A stretch of DNA of 32,000 nt, from the NCBI GenBank assembly GCA_965219535.1, contig CBDCNV010000001.1, forward strand, positions 390,001 through 422,000, in the 5' to 3' direction. This DNA comes from Opitutales bacterium. Its GTDB lineage: Bacteria; Verrucomicrobiota; Verrucomicrobiia; Opitutales; PNEW01. A program made the translations under genes and the position numbers. Of this stretch, positions 1 to 9,162 are shown in pieces. How positions within the stretch are numbered: the first letter of the stretch is position 1; every line of letters begins with the position of its first letter. Below the pieces are notes generated by a model. It made no database searches. It worked only from the letters and a program-made list of their open reading frames with translations, and was not told the DNA's origin.

Positions 1-938
1 TAAGTACCGCTGTGTTCACTTTCCCCCTCTGGGCGAAAATGCATCATAACATCCCGCTTGCCGGCAATGGCACTAATCGGCATCCCGCCGCCGAATGCTT
101 TGCCCAGAACACATAAGTCGGGTATTACATTGAGATAGCTCTGCGCTCCACCGGTAGACAGGCGAAAGGCAGTTAAAACTTCGTCGAAGAACAGCAAAGC
201 ATTATGATGATCGCAGAGGTCGCGGCAATGTTGAACAAACCCTGGCTTGGGTAGTATACAACCTGCATCATAGTTGATGGGTTCCATTATGAGGGTCGCG
301 ATATCCTGTCCCTGTTCAGTAAATACTTTTTCCAGTGCGTCAAAGTCATTGAAGGGAACAATGATCAATTTATCTGCCAGGGTTTTCGCCATCCCGGCTG
401 ACTGTGGATAGGGAAGGGGGTTCGCATTGGGCCCGGCTTCATTCAACGGCGGTGCGACACTGTAGTTGAGATCATCAGAATAACCGTGGAAATGGCCTTC
501 GAATTTGATGATCTTTTCTCGCCCTGTAGCAGTACGCGCCAAACGTAAGGCGTGCATTATGGTTTCAGTACCGGATCCCGCGAAGCGCACCATCTCGGCA
601 CAGGGTACCATTTCAGTGATGCGCTTTGCTAACGCGGAATGATGCTCGGTTTCGTAGGCACAAATAATTCCAAGTTCTAACGCGCGTGTAACGGCAGCTT
701 TTATTAATGGATGATTGTGACCAATCAGTGATGCGCCATGGGACATACACATGTCTATATACTCGCGGCCGTTTATGTCGTATACTTTTGCTCCATCACC
801 GCGAGATATATAGAGCGGGTGTCCCAGCGCCCCATTCGCGCGGGCGGATGCCGACACGCCTCCGGGCAGGTATAGCTTCGCGAAGTCGTATAATTCATGA
901 CTGCGATCGGTAGGAGACTCTTGGATGGGTTTGGGCAT
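1..938 (-). CDS. Class-III (PLP-dependent) aminotransferase, glutamate-1-semialdehyde-aminomutase-like; 3' end truncated by window edge
   Basis: Absent from the ORF track because it runs off the window. My minus-strand translation from the ATG (complement of 936-938) reads MPKPIQESPTDRSHELYDFAKLYLPGGVSASARANGALGHPLYISRGDGAKVYDINGREYIDMCMSHGASLIGHNHP... The same frame (938-122 is divisible by 3) gives ...PDLCVLGKAFGGGMPISAIAGKRDVMMHF..., the PLP-lysine region typical of this family. Confidence 0.8.
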   Translation of the reverse strand, partial: MPKPIQESPTDRSHELYDFAKLYLPGGVSASARANGALGHPLYISRGDGAKVYDINGREYIDMCMSHGASLIGHNHPLIKAAVTRALELGIICAYETEHHSALAKRITEMVPCAEMVRFAGSGTETIMHALRLARTATGREKIIKFEGHFHGYSDDLNYSVAPPLNEAGPNANPLPYPQSAGMAKTLADKLIIVPFNDFDALEKVFTEQGQDIATLIMEPINYDAGCILPKPGFVQHCRDLCDHHNALLFFDEVLTAFRLSTGGAQSYLNVIPDLCVLGKAFGGGMPISAIAGKRDVMMHFRPEGESEHSGT

Positions 939-1023
939 TTCTACTGCATATATATGTCAACCTGTCATCGCTCGGCAATACGAAACTATAACTCGGCTTG
1001 GCAGAGCTTCTTCAATCTAAATT

Positions 1024-2601
1024 CTATGACGCGCTTGCTATCGAAACACCCACGAGGAGTATAAGTATTCCAATCAAGAAGAATGCAACGAGTGTACTCG
1101 CTTTTTTACTTTCTCTTCGCGGCCCGAAATAACTCACGAGGCAGCCGACGATAATATTCATCACCAAGCCGGTGGCGCCCACATATTGGGGGCTTAGGGG
1201 CGTTAGACCGGTGAAAATATGCCAGAAGGAAAACATGAGGCTGGCAGTAAACCCATAGATCACACCCATGAGTGCGCCTAAAGGTGTTGCAAAGGGGACA
1301 AAGAATACGAGGAAAAAGAGTCCAAAGTTTTGCGGCAACAGTAGATTGGCCAAACGCATCGTCATCTCAACAAAATTGCCCGGCATATACTTCATATACA
1401 TGCTGGCAATGATCACTACGAATCCGGCTCCGAATGTAATCCCTTTTGCACAGAGCACATGTTTCATTTCAGACTCCGGTTTTAGTCCGAAACGATCGAT
1501 GAAATCAGTCATCACCACCGCTGTGATGGAGTTTATTCCTGAGTCGAGGCTGGACATCCCGGCAGCCAGCATGGCGGCGACGACTAGACCGGCAATCCCC
1601 ATAGGCAAGTGGTTGGCAATATAGTAGGGGAAAATTTTATCAGCGTCTCTTATTAAATCCATGTCTTGTGGCAGCAGCTGCGGGTTCGCGCTGAAATAAC
1701 CCAACAAGGCAAACCCGAGTACAACTAAGACGAAGACAACGATAAAGGTGACGAGAGAATTCACACCATAGGAACGGCGAGCGTCACGAGCATCCCTCGT
1801 AGCCATGAAGCGTTGGATTGGCAATTGGTCGCCTCCAGCCATGCAAACTTTCCAGACGACTCCCGAGATGATGGCGCCTATAAGCGAGACGCGCATATGG
1901 GGATCAAAACTGAATAGAGGTTGTGTGTCCCAGGTTGACACCCAGGATGTGGGCCACCAGGAAAATCCACCGCTTTCAATAGTGATAATCAATACCGTTA
2001 TGACCGCACCGCCAGTGAGCAGACAAAACTGCGCGAGGTCGGTATAGACAACCGCGAACAAGCCGCCTAACGAAGTGTAGGTAATGGCAATAATGCCAAT
2101 TATTACGACCATAAGCGGAGTCCAACTGTCGTCGAGACCAACGATCACGGTCAATGCTACCGCGCAAAAATAAACGAGGAGTGACATCCAAACAATGCGA
2201 AGCAGGATAAACATCAATGCGCCTAACAAACGGATGCCAATACCGAGGCGAGCTTCAAGGAGTTCATAAGCGCTCGTGATGCGCTGTTTCATCAGAAAGG
2301 GGACCAGTAAATGACCGACGATGAAATAGGAAAGTGGGATAGAAAAGATCAAGCCGGTGAAAAGAATGGGGCCATGTTTAATGACTTCGCCCGGTTTGGA
2401 GAGATAGGATGCGGTACTGATAAGGGTAGCGAAAAGTGAGATCCCGATGAGGATCGGATTCATTTTACCAGTGCCAACGAAATACTCATTCGTGTTTTTC
2501 TGTTTCTTTGAGTAGTACCACCCTAGGCCGAGCACACCGACGACATAGCCCGCGATCATCACCCAATCGAGCCAGACCAAGCCGCTATCTGTATAAGACA
2601 T
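1024..2601 (-). CDS. Sodium:solute symporter (SSS) family transporter
   Basis: 525-aa ORF that is highly hydrophobic with many predicted TM segments. The N-terminus (DWVMIAGYVVGVLGLGWYYSKKQKNTNEYFVGTGKMNP) is typical of the SSS/PutP/PanF-type family. Confidence 0.8.
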   Translation of the reverse strand: MSYTDSGLVWLDWVMIAGYVVGVLGLGWYYSKKQKNTNEYFVGTGKMNPILIGISLFATLISTASYLSKPGEVIKHGPILFTGLIFSIPLSYFIVGHLLVPFLMKQRITSAYELLEARLGIGIRLLGALMFILLRIVWMSLLVYFCAVALTVIVGLDDSWTPLMVVIIGIIAITYTSLGGLFAVVYTDLAQFCLLTGGAVITVLIITIESGGFSWWPTSWVSTWDTQPLFSFDPHMRVSLIGAIISGVVWKVCMAGGDQLPIQRFMATRDARDARRSYGVNSLVTFIVVFVLVVLGFALLGYFSANPQLLPQDMDLIRDADKIFPYYIANHLPMGIAGLVVAAMLAAGMSSLDSGINSITAVVMTDFIDRFGLKPESEMKHVLCAKGITFGAGFVVIIASMYMKYMPGNFVEMTMRLANLLLPQNFGLFFLVFFVPFATPLGALMGVIYGFTASLMFSFWHIFTGLTPLSPQYVGATGLVMNIIVGCLVSYFGPRRESKKASTLVAFFLIGILILLVGVSIASAS

Positions 2602-2774
2602 TTTTGTTCAAAAAAAGAAATGAAATTAACAATTAATACAGGCATGGAAGAATTTAAACCAGAGCTAGGCAAACTAATACTATTTCGCACTATTATGAAG
2701 AATAGGTGAATCAGCTGTGTTTAGACAGCTTCTGAAGTTTGATTTGTCCTAGAGAGTATTGTATTTTAACTAAG

Positions 2775-2804
2775 TTGTTTCGATTGTAGACATTTCACTA
2801 TAAT
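2775..2804 (+). promoter_or_regulatory. Candidate sigma70-type promoter (TTGTTT-18 bp-TATAAT) only 4 nt upstream of the DUF3179 ATG
   Basis: A perfect TATAAT lies at 2799-2804 and TTGTTT at 2775-2780. There is no purine-rich RBS before the ATG at 2809, which would imply a leaderless or near-leaderless mRNA. This is motif matching only. Confidence 0.25.
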
Positions 2805-2808
2805 ACTT

Positions 2809-4524
2809 ATGTTACATCCCCCTTGTCTGAGCTGGCGTTGGTGGGCGCCGTTGCTAATCATAATTATATTTGAAACCCGTGTTTGCGCCCAAACCGTTGT
2901 TTATCAAGACTGGCGTGGCGATGACACAATGGATGTAGGATCGGGTTGGAAGCATTCGTCATGGTTTGGCTATTTTTATGACGAATCCTTTCCCTGGATA
3001 TATCACGAGACACAGGGTTGGCTCTACAGCGAGAGTGTAAGTTCAGAAAGTGTATGGTTGTGGGATCAAAATATTGGTTGGATTTGGACTAGTGATGAAT
3101 CCTATCCCTATCTATTTATTTCCGAGACGTCGGCATGGGTAACAGACCTGGGTGATGTACGGCTAACGGAGAAGGAAGAAACGGCGAAAACTCTAGACAC
3201 ACTGGTAAGCGAAAACAGTGATTCAGCTAGAGCATTAATTGATGAAATAGTAAGACATAAAGACATCCGTTATATTGCCGTATTTATCGAGTTGATGCGT
3301 GCACAGGAAGTTTTCATCCAAGTGGCCATAGACCGCACATTAATAATTGATACATTGGAAGCGTTAAGTGGTGAGAATTTTGGCAGCAATTGGGCCGCCT
3401 GGGTAGAGTGGTATGGACTAACTGACCTCGCGCCACCTTCCGGATTTACGAGTTGGAAAGGTCGATTATTATCCAATATCGATCCTGAATTTGGTGATTT
3501 TCTCAGTGATGATTTTCCCTCGCGCATACGCTCCGAGGAGATTTTATGGGGGGGTGTGCTCGTTGATGGCATCCCTCCTCTTGATAATCCGAAAAGGTTG
3601 TTGGCTGAAGCAGCAACTTACCTGGAACCCACGGACCTCGTTTTTGGGATCTCTATTAACGGTGACGCCCGCGCTTATCCATTACGTATTATGGACTGGC
3701 ACGAAATGGCCAATGAAGTCATTGGCGGCGTGCCCGTTTCTCTTGCTTACTGCACGCTCTGTGGAGCCGCTATCGCGTATGATGGCCGTGTAGCTGAAGG
3801 GATCACTTATAACTTTGGGACCTCCGGGTTTCTCTTTCGCAGCAATAAGCTGATGTACGATCGCCAAACACGAACACTCTGGAACCAGTTCACGGGGAAA
3901 CCTGTACTGGGCACGCTTGCGGGAACGGATCTGCGGCTTAGTATTTTACCTCTTGTTCTCACCGACTGGGCCTCATGGCAGGAACAGCACCCGCATACAA
4001 CGGTTCTCGATATCGACACGGGTTATAGTCGACCCTATGCCAATGGAAGAGCTTACGGATCATACTTTGGCTCGCCTGATACATTATTTCCAGTTGCGCA
4101 AAGAAGAGATCTGTTAGACACCAAGGATCAAATTTACGCCCTTGAAATTGAGGGGATTCCAAAGGCGTATCCCATCGAAACCCTTACCGAGGAACAAGTG
4201 GTCAACGATATCATCGGAGATACTCCTGTTGTTCTAGTCGCACAAAGCGGTATTGCTACAGTTGACTTCGTTGAAACTCCATTTCCGTTGACCTATTCAG
4301 CGGGTGCGGAAGTGCGCGCTTACAACAGGGGTGAACTTAATTTTAACCCAGGATTGAATGCGGGCAGCGTTATTGATTCCGAAGGTCAGGTTTGGAGCAT
4401 AACTGAAGAAGCATTGACCAGTGAAGAGGGGATAAAAGTGCCACGAATCAATGGCCATCTAGCCTACTGGTTTGGCTGGTACGCTTTTTTCCCCAACACC
4501 CTTGTGTATGGAGTAGGAGAGTGA
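2809..4524 (+). CDS. Secreted DUF3179-domain protein with Trp-rich N-terminal extension
   Basis: 571-aa ORF with an N-terminal hydrophobic signal-like segment (WWAPLLIIIIFETRVCAQ). The C-terminal two-thirds match the DUF3179 pattern: DGIPPLDNPK...GDARAYPLRIMDWHEMANEVIGGVPVSLAYCTLCGAAIAYD...FGTSGFLFRSNKLMYDRQTRTLWNQFTGKPV. Confidence 0.75.
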   Translation: MLHPPCLSWRWWAPLLIIIIFETRVCAQTVVYQDWRGDDTMDVGSGWKHSSWFGYFYDESFPWIYHETQGWLYSESVSSESVWLWDQNIGWIWTSDESYPYLFISETSAWVTDLGDVRLTEKEETAKTLDTLVSENSDSARALIDEIVRHKDIRYIAVFIELMRAQEVFIQVAIDRTLIIDTLEALSGENFGSNWAAWVEWYGLTDLAPPSGFTSWKGRLLSNIDPEFGDFLSDDFPSRIRSEEILWGGVLVDGIPPLDNPKRLLAEAATYLEPTDLVFGISINGDARAYPLRIMDWHEMANEVIGGVPVSLAYCTLCGAAIAYDGRVAEGITYNFGTSGFLFRSNKLMYDRQTRTLWNQFTGKPVLGTLAGTDLRLSILPLVLTDWASWQEQHPHTTVLDIDTGYSRPYANGRAYGSYFGSPDTLFPVAQRRDLLDTKDQIYALEIEGIPKAYPIETLTEEQVVNDIIGDTPVVLVAQSGIATVDFVETPFPLTYSAGAEVRAYNRGELNFNPGLNAGSVIDSEGQVWSITEEALTSEEGIKVPRINGHLAYWFGWYAFFPNTLVYGVGE

Positions 4525-4588
4525 AAATGGAAATTAGCGAATGCGGATTGATGCATAAAGTAAGAAACAAAAATTATTATATAAGAAA

Positions 4589-4664
4589 GGTGGAACGCGC
4601 TGTCCCTAGCGCGTTTAATAGTTACATAGTGTTAAGAAGCGTGCTAGGGACAGCCCGCTCCACC
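4589..4664 (-). repeat. Palindromic REP/MITE-like hairpin element, copy 1 (inverted relative to copies 2 and 3)
   Basis: GGTGGAACGCGCTGTCCCTAGCGCG-26 nt-CGTGCTAGGGACAGCCCGCTCCACC. The 25-nt arms match those at 24004-24078 and 29251-29328. It lies between convergent genes and is followed on the minus strand by a T-rich tract. Confidence 0.9.
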
Positions 4665-4704
4665 TAAAAACTAATTACTGCAATCTCTCGGGTTGACTGG
4701 GGTC

Positions 4705-5034
4705 TTAATAACTCTCGGTTATTTTATCTCCGGTCCTCGTGGTAACGGTAAGGGTACCCCCGGTGTTTTTCACTACGAGGTTATCGTAACTTTCACCTTT
4801 TATCGAACGAACGGAATTAACCATTCCGGCGCTCTTCAACTCCTTGAAAGTCACCTGTGATTTACCATTTTCCAAAAGTACAGTTCTACCAGCTACAGAG
4901 ATACTTTTTAGGTGTGCTTGAATGGCTATTTTCTCTGCGGTGCCCAGTATCTCTGCTGATTTTTCAGGGCTGGCACTGCAGCCGTAGAAAAGTAATAGCG
5001 CGATCGGGGATAAAAAAATCAGGAGGTGTTTCAT
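4705..5034 (-). CDS. Small lipoprotein, function unknown
   Basis: 109-aa ORF with a signal peptide and lipobox-like LLFYGC (MKHLLIFLSPIALLLFYGCSAS). I recognise no family. Confidence 0.55.
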   Translation of the reverse strand: MKHLLIFLSPIALLLFYGCSASPEKSAEILGTAEKIAIQAHLKSISVAGRTVLLENGKSQVTFKELKSAGMVNSVRSIKGESYDNLVVKNTGGTLTVTTRTGDKITESY

Positions 5035-5241
5035 AGGTGAAGTTATTTCTTTAATTTTAACATTATGTATTAATCAATTTAAGACTATTAGCTTATCCAC
5101 GGTTTGTCATGATTAAAGAAAAAATTCAACGCTAAATATATTGACCCCATGCAAAGATAACGGTCATCATAACGCCCGTGCTTAACACAGACTTAGCCTT
5201 CTATTCGAGTATTCTAAATCATCAAAATTCAGGAGATTATT

Positions 5242-5661
5242 ATGTTTAATCCGCTCACTTATCTGATAAGCGAAGTCAATTGGCTCGCTATAATTGTAGT
5301 GTCAGTTGTCACCTTCTTTCTTGGATGGCTCTGGTATGGGCCCATCTTTGGAAAAGCGTGGATGAATGCTACCGGGATCACCGAAGATAAAATGGGTAGT
5401 GCTACTAAGCCCATGGTTTTCACTTTTATCCTGGCCTTTGGTACCGCCATCGTCATTTCCCTCGCAGTTGAAGGGTTTGATATTATTTACTGGCCAAACG
5501 GGTTGCTGCTTGGCTTCGGACTGGGCTTGGCATTATACGCATTCAACGTATTTTCTGACTACCTTTGGGAAAGCCGACCAATGAAGCTGTTATTTATCAA
5601 TGCCGGCTACCGCGTGTTGTCAGCCACATTTATGGGTGCTGTTCTTTCCTGCTGGCGTTAG
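5242..5661 (+). CDS. DUF1761-like small membrane protein
   Basis: 139-aa ORF with about 4 TM segments. The N-terminal motif LGWLWYGPIFGKAWM resembles the DUF1761 family signature as I recall it. Confidence 0.5.
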   Translation: MFNPLTYLISEVNWLAIIVVSVVTFFLGWLWYGPIFGKAWMNATGITEDKMGSATKPMVFTFILAFGTAIVISLAVEGFDIIYWPNGLLLGFGLGLALYAFNVFSDYLWESRPMKLLFINAGYRVLSATFMGAVLSCWR

Positions 5662-5836
5662 TCTATTTCAGGTATTCCATCTGCCTTCTCTTTTTCCACA
5701 TTTACGTGTGGATTGATTATTTATTGTGTGTATCTGAGGCGTAATGGCAGGTTCAAAAAAACACCCTCAGTGTTTTGATGTAGGTTGTATTAATTAAGGG
5801 AGTTCATTACAGGTTATAACATTTTACAGCTTATAA

Positions 5837-7077
5837 ATGTCAGATCCTAATAAATTGAGGATAGCCGTTAGGAAGTTGGATGCTTTTGAAAAGGCATTAA
5901 AAAAACAATCGGTTGAATTTTGTAGAATAGAGAAGATCGCGCTCAATCTGGAGATTATACCTTTAAATATTCCGGATTTACACACCGTGCTGTTTGAAAA
6001 AGAGGGACTAAAGCGAGGTGAATTCGACATCGCCTTTATCGTGTCTGATTGGGTCGCGGAAGCTGTTGCCGGGCAGCATGTGGTAGATTTAAAACCTTTT
6101 CTAAAAATATCGCCACCGGATGATTATCCCCAGGGTTGGGATGACTCCTTATTGCACTATCAATCTTATGAAAATAAAGTGTATGGCCTGCCCTATCATA
6201 ATGGACAGAAATGCCTAATTTATCGTAAAGATCTTTTCAATGACCCAAAAGAACAGGCCGATTTTAAAAATAGATTTGGTAAAGCACTAAGCGTTCCGCA
6301 GACTTGGAATGCATTTAGACAGGTGGCCCGGTTTTTTAATCATCCGGAAGATGCCTTGACGGGAGTCGTTTTTCTCGCGAGCCAGGATGGGTACAATACA
6401 ATCTGCGACTTTTGCCTTTATTTGTGGTCTCGCGGGGAAAGCTTTTTGACGCGAATGAAAATATTAGACTGGATCACCCACAGGTGGAAGAGACCTTAAA
6501 TTTTTACCGCAATATTCTTAATGATTCCACCGTAATGAATGCGAATACACGGATGCTTGATGCCGTAGAATCTGGAATGATGTTCGCAAAAGGTGAAGCG
6601 GCAATGATGATAAATTGGTTCAGCTGTGCGGCACAGTGCGAGATCCTGCACGATTCAAAAGTAAAAGGTAAGGTTGGGGTAAGTCATTTACCGAAGGAAA
6701 AATTGGCGCATGGATTTACCCTTAATGTATACTGGGTCTTGGGAATTGCTGAAGGTAGTGATAAAAAGGATCTGGCCTACCGGTTTATCCGCCACTGCGT
6801 TAGTAAAAAAATGGATAGGTTGCTAACCCTGGAAGGGGGAAATGGCAGCAGACTTTCAACTTGGCAGGATGAGCGACTAAACAAACTTATACCTTTTTAC
6901 CGTGAGTTAGAGGCGTTGCAAAAGGATGCGTATGATATGCCGCGTCACCCTGAATGGACTAAGCTGGCAACAATCATTGATGATATGATGAGAGAAGCGA
7001 TTGATACGGATAGGTCTGTTACCGATATCGTACAAGACGGTCAGTATCGAGCGGAAAGCATTTTAAAAATAGACTGA
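5837..7077 (+). pseudogene. ABC-transporter-type extracellular solute-binding protein (family 1) homologue, frameshifted and without a signal peptide
   Basis: Two overlapping ORFs (5837-6499 and 6412-7077) together make one SBP-like protein: LRIAV...DIAFIVSDWVAEAV...YENKVYGLPYHNGQKCLIYRKDLF...TWNAFRQVARFF... / ...GKLFDANENIRLDHPQVEETLNFYRNIL... The frames switch at the G4 run 6434-6437. One extra G would give ...LWSRGGKLFDAN.... Confidence 0.7.
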
Positions 7078-7087
7078 TGTGACGTGT

Positions 7088-8056
7088 TTATTTGAGCATG
7101 TTTGCGAGCGAACATACTGTCATCGCGCAGTCAGCTGAATAGGCAAGGCGCATCCATGCTGGCTCATCTGTATTGTGCCCTGGTCTTGAATACCAGAATC
7201 CGTCATCACATTGATGGCTTAATAAAACATCGCCTAAGTGTTTCGCGTGTTCCAAGAGGGTCGGGTTGCCAGTCTCTTCATACAAGGTGAGCATGGCCCA
7301 GCCGAATTTAGTAGCCCGTCCGAAATGAGCCGGGTCCATTTCATGTCTATAGACCCATTCAACATAGCGTTGGGCAGCGGTAAAATAGGACTTTTCTCTT
7401 GCCGCGCGACCGGTCCAGACGAGAGCCATGACCACGGTTGCATAATTTGCGGGACGTTGTTCTTCCAATTTAAGATCATATGATTTTTCCCAACCTTTCG
7501 CCGACCGTGCAAATACGGAGCCATCGCGACGAAAACGATTGTAATAAATATCTTTCTTGGGTTGCTCATCGAGCAATGCCACAAAGCGATCAGCCATGAG
7601 TTTTGCATTGTCGATTTTCCCTGTGGCCGCCAATGCCATTCCAGCACCGGCGGAAAAACATACTTCAGCGACCTCTTCACCCGCGTCTTCATCGGGTAAA
7701 TGAATGCCTCCGGAATTCGTATCCTGCATTTGAATTATTCGGTTAGCTAAAATTTCCGCCAAATCAAACCGTTCCACAATCATCGCACCAAAACCCAACC
7801 AGCCCATGGCATAGACGCGATTTTCAAGCGAAAATTCCGGTCGTCCCATGAGATTGCCTTCTGAGTCGATAAATCGATCTATAACCTGTTTAGCCACTCG
7901 TGCGCCTTTGGATCGCGATCCCACCATCGTAAGGAGGTAGGGTGTCTTGTAATAATACCGCGAATCGTCAGCGTCGTCGGTGCTTATTCCCTCCTCATCG
8001 AAGTGAGCATCCAACCAGGTGCGTATATTTTCTATGGAACTTTGAAATTTATTCAT
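7088..8056 (-). CDS. Hypothetical protein, possibly alpha/alpha-toroid (prenyltransferase/terpene-cyclase-repeat-like) fold
   Basis: 322-aa ORF with no signal peptide. Motifs such as MQDTNSGGIHL and LLSHQCDDGFWYS loosely resemble Q..DGGW repeats of alpha/alpha-toroid proteins. The assignment is weak. Confidence 0.3.
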   Translation of the reverse strand: MNKFQSSIENIRTWLDAHFDEEGISTDDADDSRYYYKTPYLLTMVGSRSKGARVAKQVIDRFIDSEGNLMGRPEFSLENRVYAMGWLGFGAMIVERFDLAEILANRIIQMQDTNSGGIHLPDEDAGEEVAEVCFSAGAGMALAATGKIDNAKLMADRFVALLDEQPKKDIYYNRFRRDGSVFARSAKGWEKSYDLKLEEQRPANYATVVMALVWTGRAAREKSYFTAAQRYVEWVYRHEMDPAHFGRATKFGWAMLTLYEETGNPTLLEHAKHLGDVLLSHQCDDGFWYSRPGHNTDEPAWMRLAYSADCAMTVCSLANMLK

Positions 8057-8125
8057 AAATGAATTTTTGATTTTCGGATTTCATACGTCAAGACTTCGGC
8101 GGTCTTACTTGCCAATTGTCTGTTG

Positions 8126-9028
8126 TCAGCCGCTCTTTTCAATGGAAGGAGAGGGTTCAATGGGGTTGATCGGTATATCGAGCAGGTCCACCCCAAAAAT
8201 GATCGTGCCGTTAAATATCTTCCCAGCTTCAGACAAAACGAGCTCACGGGCACCAGGCTGATCTAATTGTTCTGAAATATGCACCAGAACTAAAATTTTG
8301 ACCCCCGCTTCTTGAGCAGTGCGGGCCGCATCCAAATGACCGGAACAGAAGTCGGTCAGTCGAGAATCGTTGTTAGCGCTGTTGAAGAAATGACACATGT
8401 GCAGCAGCACATCAGCGTTTTCAGCCAGTTTAGTCAGGCTGTCAATGGGCGCTGTATCACCTCCAAAGACGATGGCGTGGGATGAGGTGTTTAATCGATA
8501 GGCTAAACAGGTCAAGTAAGGTTGGACGTGAATAACTTCAGCAACTTCGAGACTCCAGTTATCGCGTTCAAGTAAAGTCCCTGAAGCTACCTCGGTCACG
8601 ACGGGGGAGGGCCGAACGCGCGGTAATTCGCCTCCACGCTGCTCATAGATGAAGTGACTGGTTGGATGTTGCGTTCGAGCAGTCAGGTCGGGATCAAAAG
8701 CTCCACCCTTGTTAAAAAGCGCGCTTGTTATCTGTTGCGTGTTTGCCGGACCGATGACGTCTAATTCAGGAATCTGGCCGGCTCCCTGATCCCAGCGATT
8801 TAAAACAAGATAGCTGTAGTCTACGCAGTGATCATAATGCAAATGGGTCAGGAAAAGACTGGTAATACGAGTAGGACTGATGCCTTTCTTAATCAATCGT
8901 CGCACGCAACCCGGACCACAATCAAAGAGCAGCATCTCGTCGTCAAGGGTGACTAAATAACTGGAACCGGCTCTTTGGATCAGCGGTGTTGGTGTGCCGG
9001 TGCCAAGGAGTGTTAGATTGAGCGACAT
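8126..9028 (-). CDS. MBL-fold metallo-hydrolase (RNase Z / beta-lactamase superfamily)
   Basis: 300-aa ORF. The start (LTLLGTGTPTP...GSSYLV...LLFDCGPG) and the metal-binding motif LTHLHYDHCVD are typical of the MBL fold. Confidence 0.8.
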   Translation of the reverse strand: MSLNLTLLGTGTPTPLIQRAGSSYLVTLDDEMLLFDCGPGCVRRLIKKGISPTRITSLFLTHLHYDHCVDYSYLVLNRWDQGAGQIPELDVIGPANTQQITSALFNKGGAFDPDLTARTQHPTSHFIYEQRGGELPRVRPSPVVTEVASGTLLERDNWSLEVAEVIHVQPYLTCLAYRLNTSSHAIVFGGDTAPIDSLTKLAENADVLLHMCHFFNSANNDSRLTDFCSGHLDAARTAQEAGVKILVLVHISEQLDQPGARELVLSEAGKIFNGTIIFGVDLLDIPINPIEPSPSIEKSG

Positions 9029-9054
9029 CTATCGATTTTCGATTGCCGAATGAA

Positions 9055-9093
9055 GGATGTCGAGCTTTGCTCTCGGTAGCCGAATGTCGATTG
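9055..9093 (+). repeat. Short GGATGTCGAGCTT(T/C)GC(T/C)CTCGG(G)TAG(C/G)CGA... repeat, copy A
   Basis: GGATGTCGAGCTTTGCTCTCGGTAGCCGAATGTCGATTG matches the copies at 28861-28898 and 29103-29140, which directly follow the two tRNA-Glu genes. This copy lies between the tRNA-Asn-linked array and the MBL gene start. Confidence 0.75.
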
Positions 9094-9162
9094 AATTTAC
9101 GTTCTGTTACGGCACCTGCAGGCCTGTCATGAGCGGATAGGCCCGATTAAGCCGGGGCCGAA

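Noticed and set aside
947-959. GCATATATATGTC upstream of the aminotransferase start shares 12 nt with the psi-tRNA palindrome core.
   Set aside because: It is short, AT-only low-complexity sequence (a CATATATATG palindrome), and the flanking GC stem of the psi-element palindrome is absent.
1268-4162. Numerous 60-140-aa track ORFs nested in or antisense to the long CDSs. Examples: 1268-1624, 1805-2047, 3270-3572, 3491-3793, 7234-7692, 17689-18021, 18038-18412, 18259-18675, 21291-21692, 25827-26273, 29462-29818 and 30624-31010.
   Set aside because: All lie within or opposite strongly supported genes. Their composition is low-complexity or biased, as is typical of off-frame translation, and they have no recognisable motifs.
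6431-6440. Programmed -1 ribosomal frameshift at CGCGGGGAAAG in the SBP gene.
   Set aside because: In the upstream (0) frame the codons are GGG-GAA, which does not form an X-XXY-YYZ slippery heptamer. I saw no obvious downstream stimulatory structure. A 1-bp indel in the G-run is the simpler explanation.
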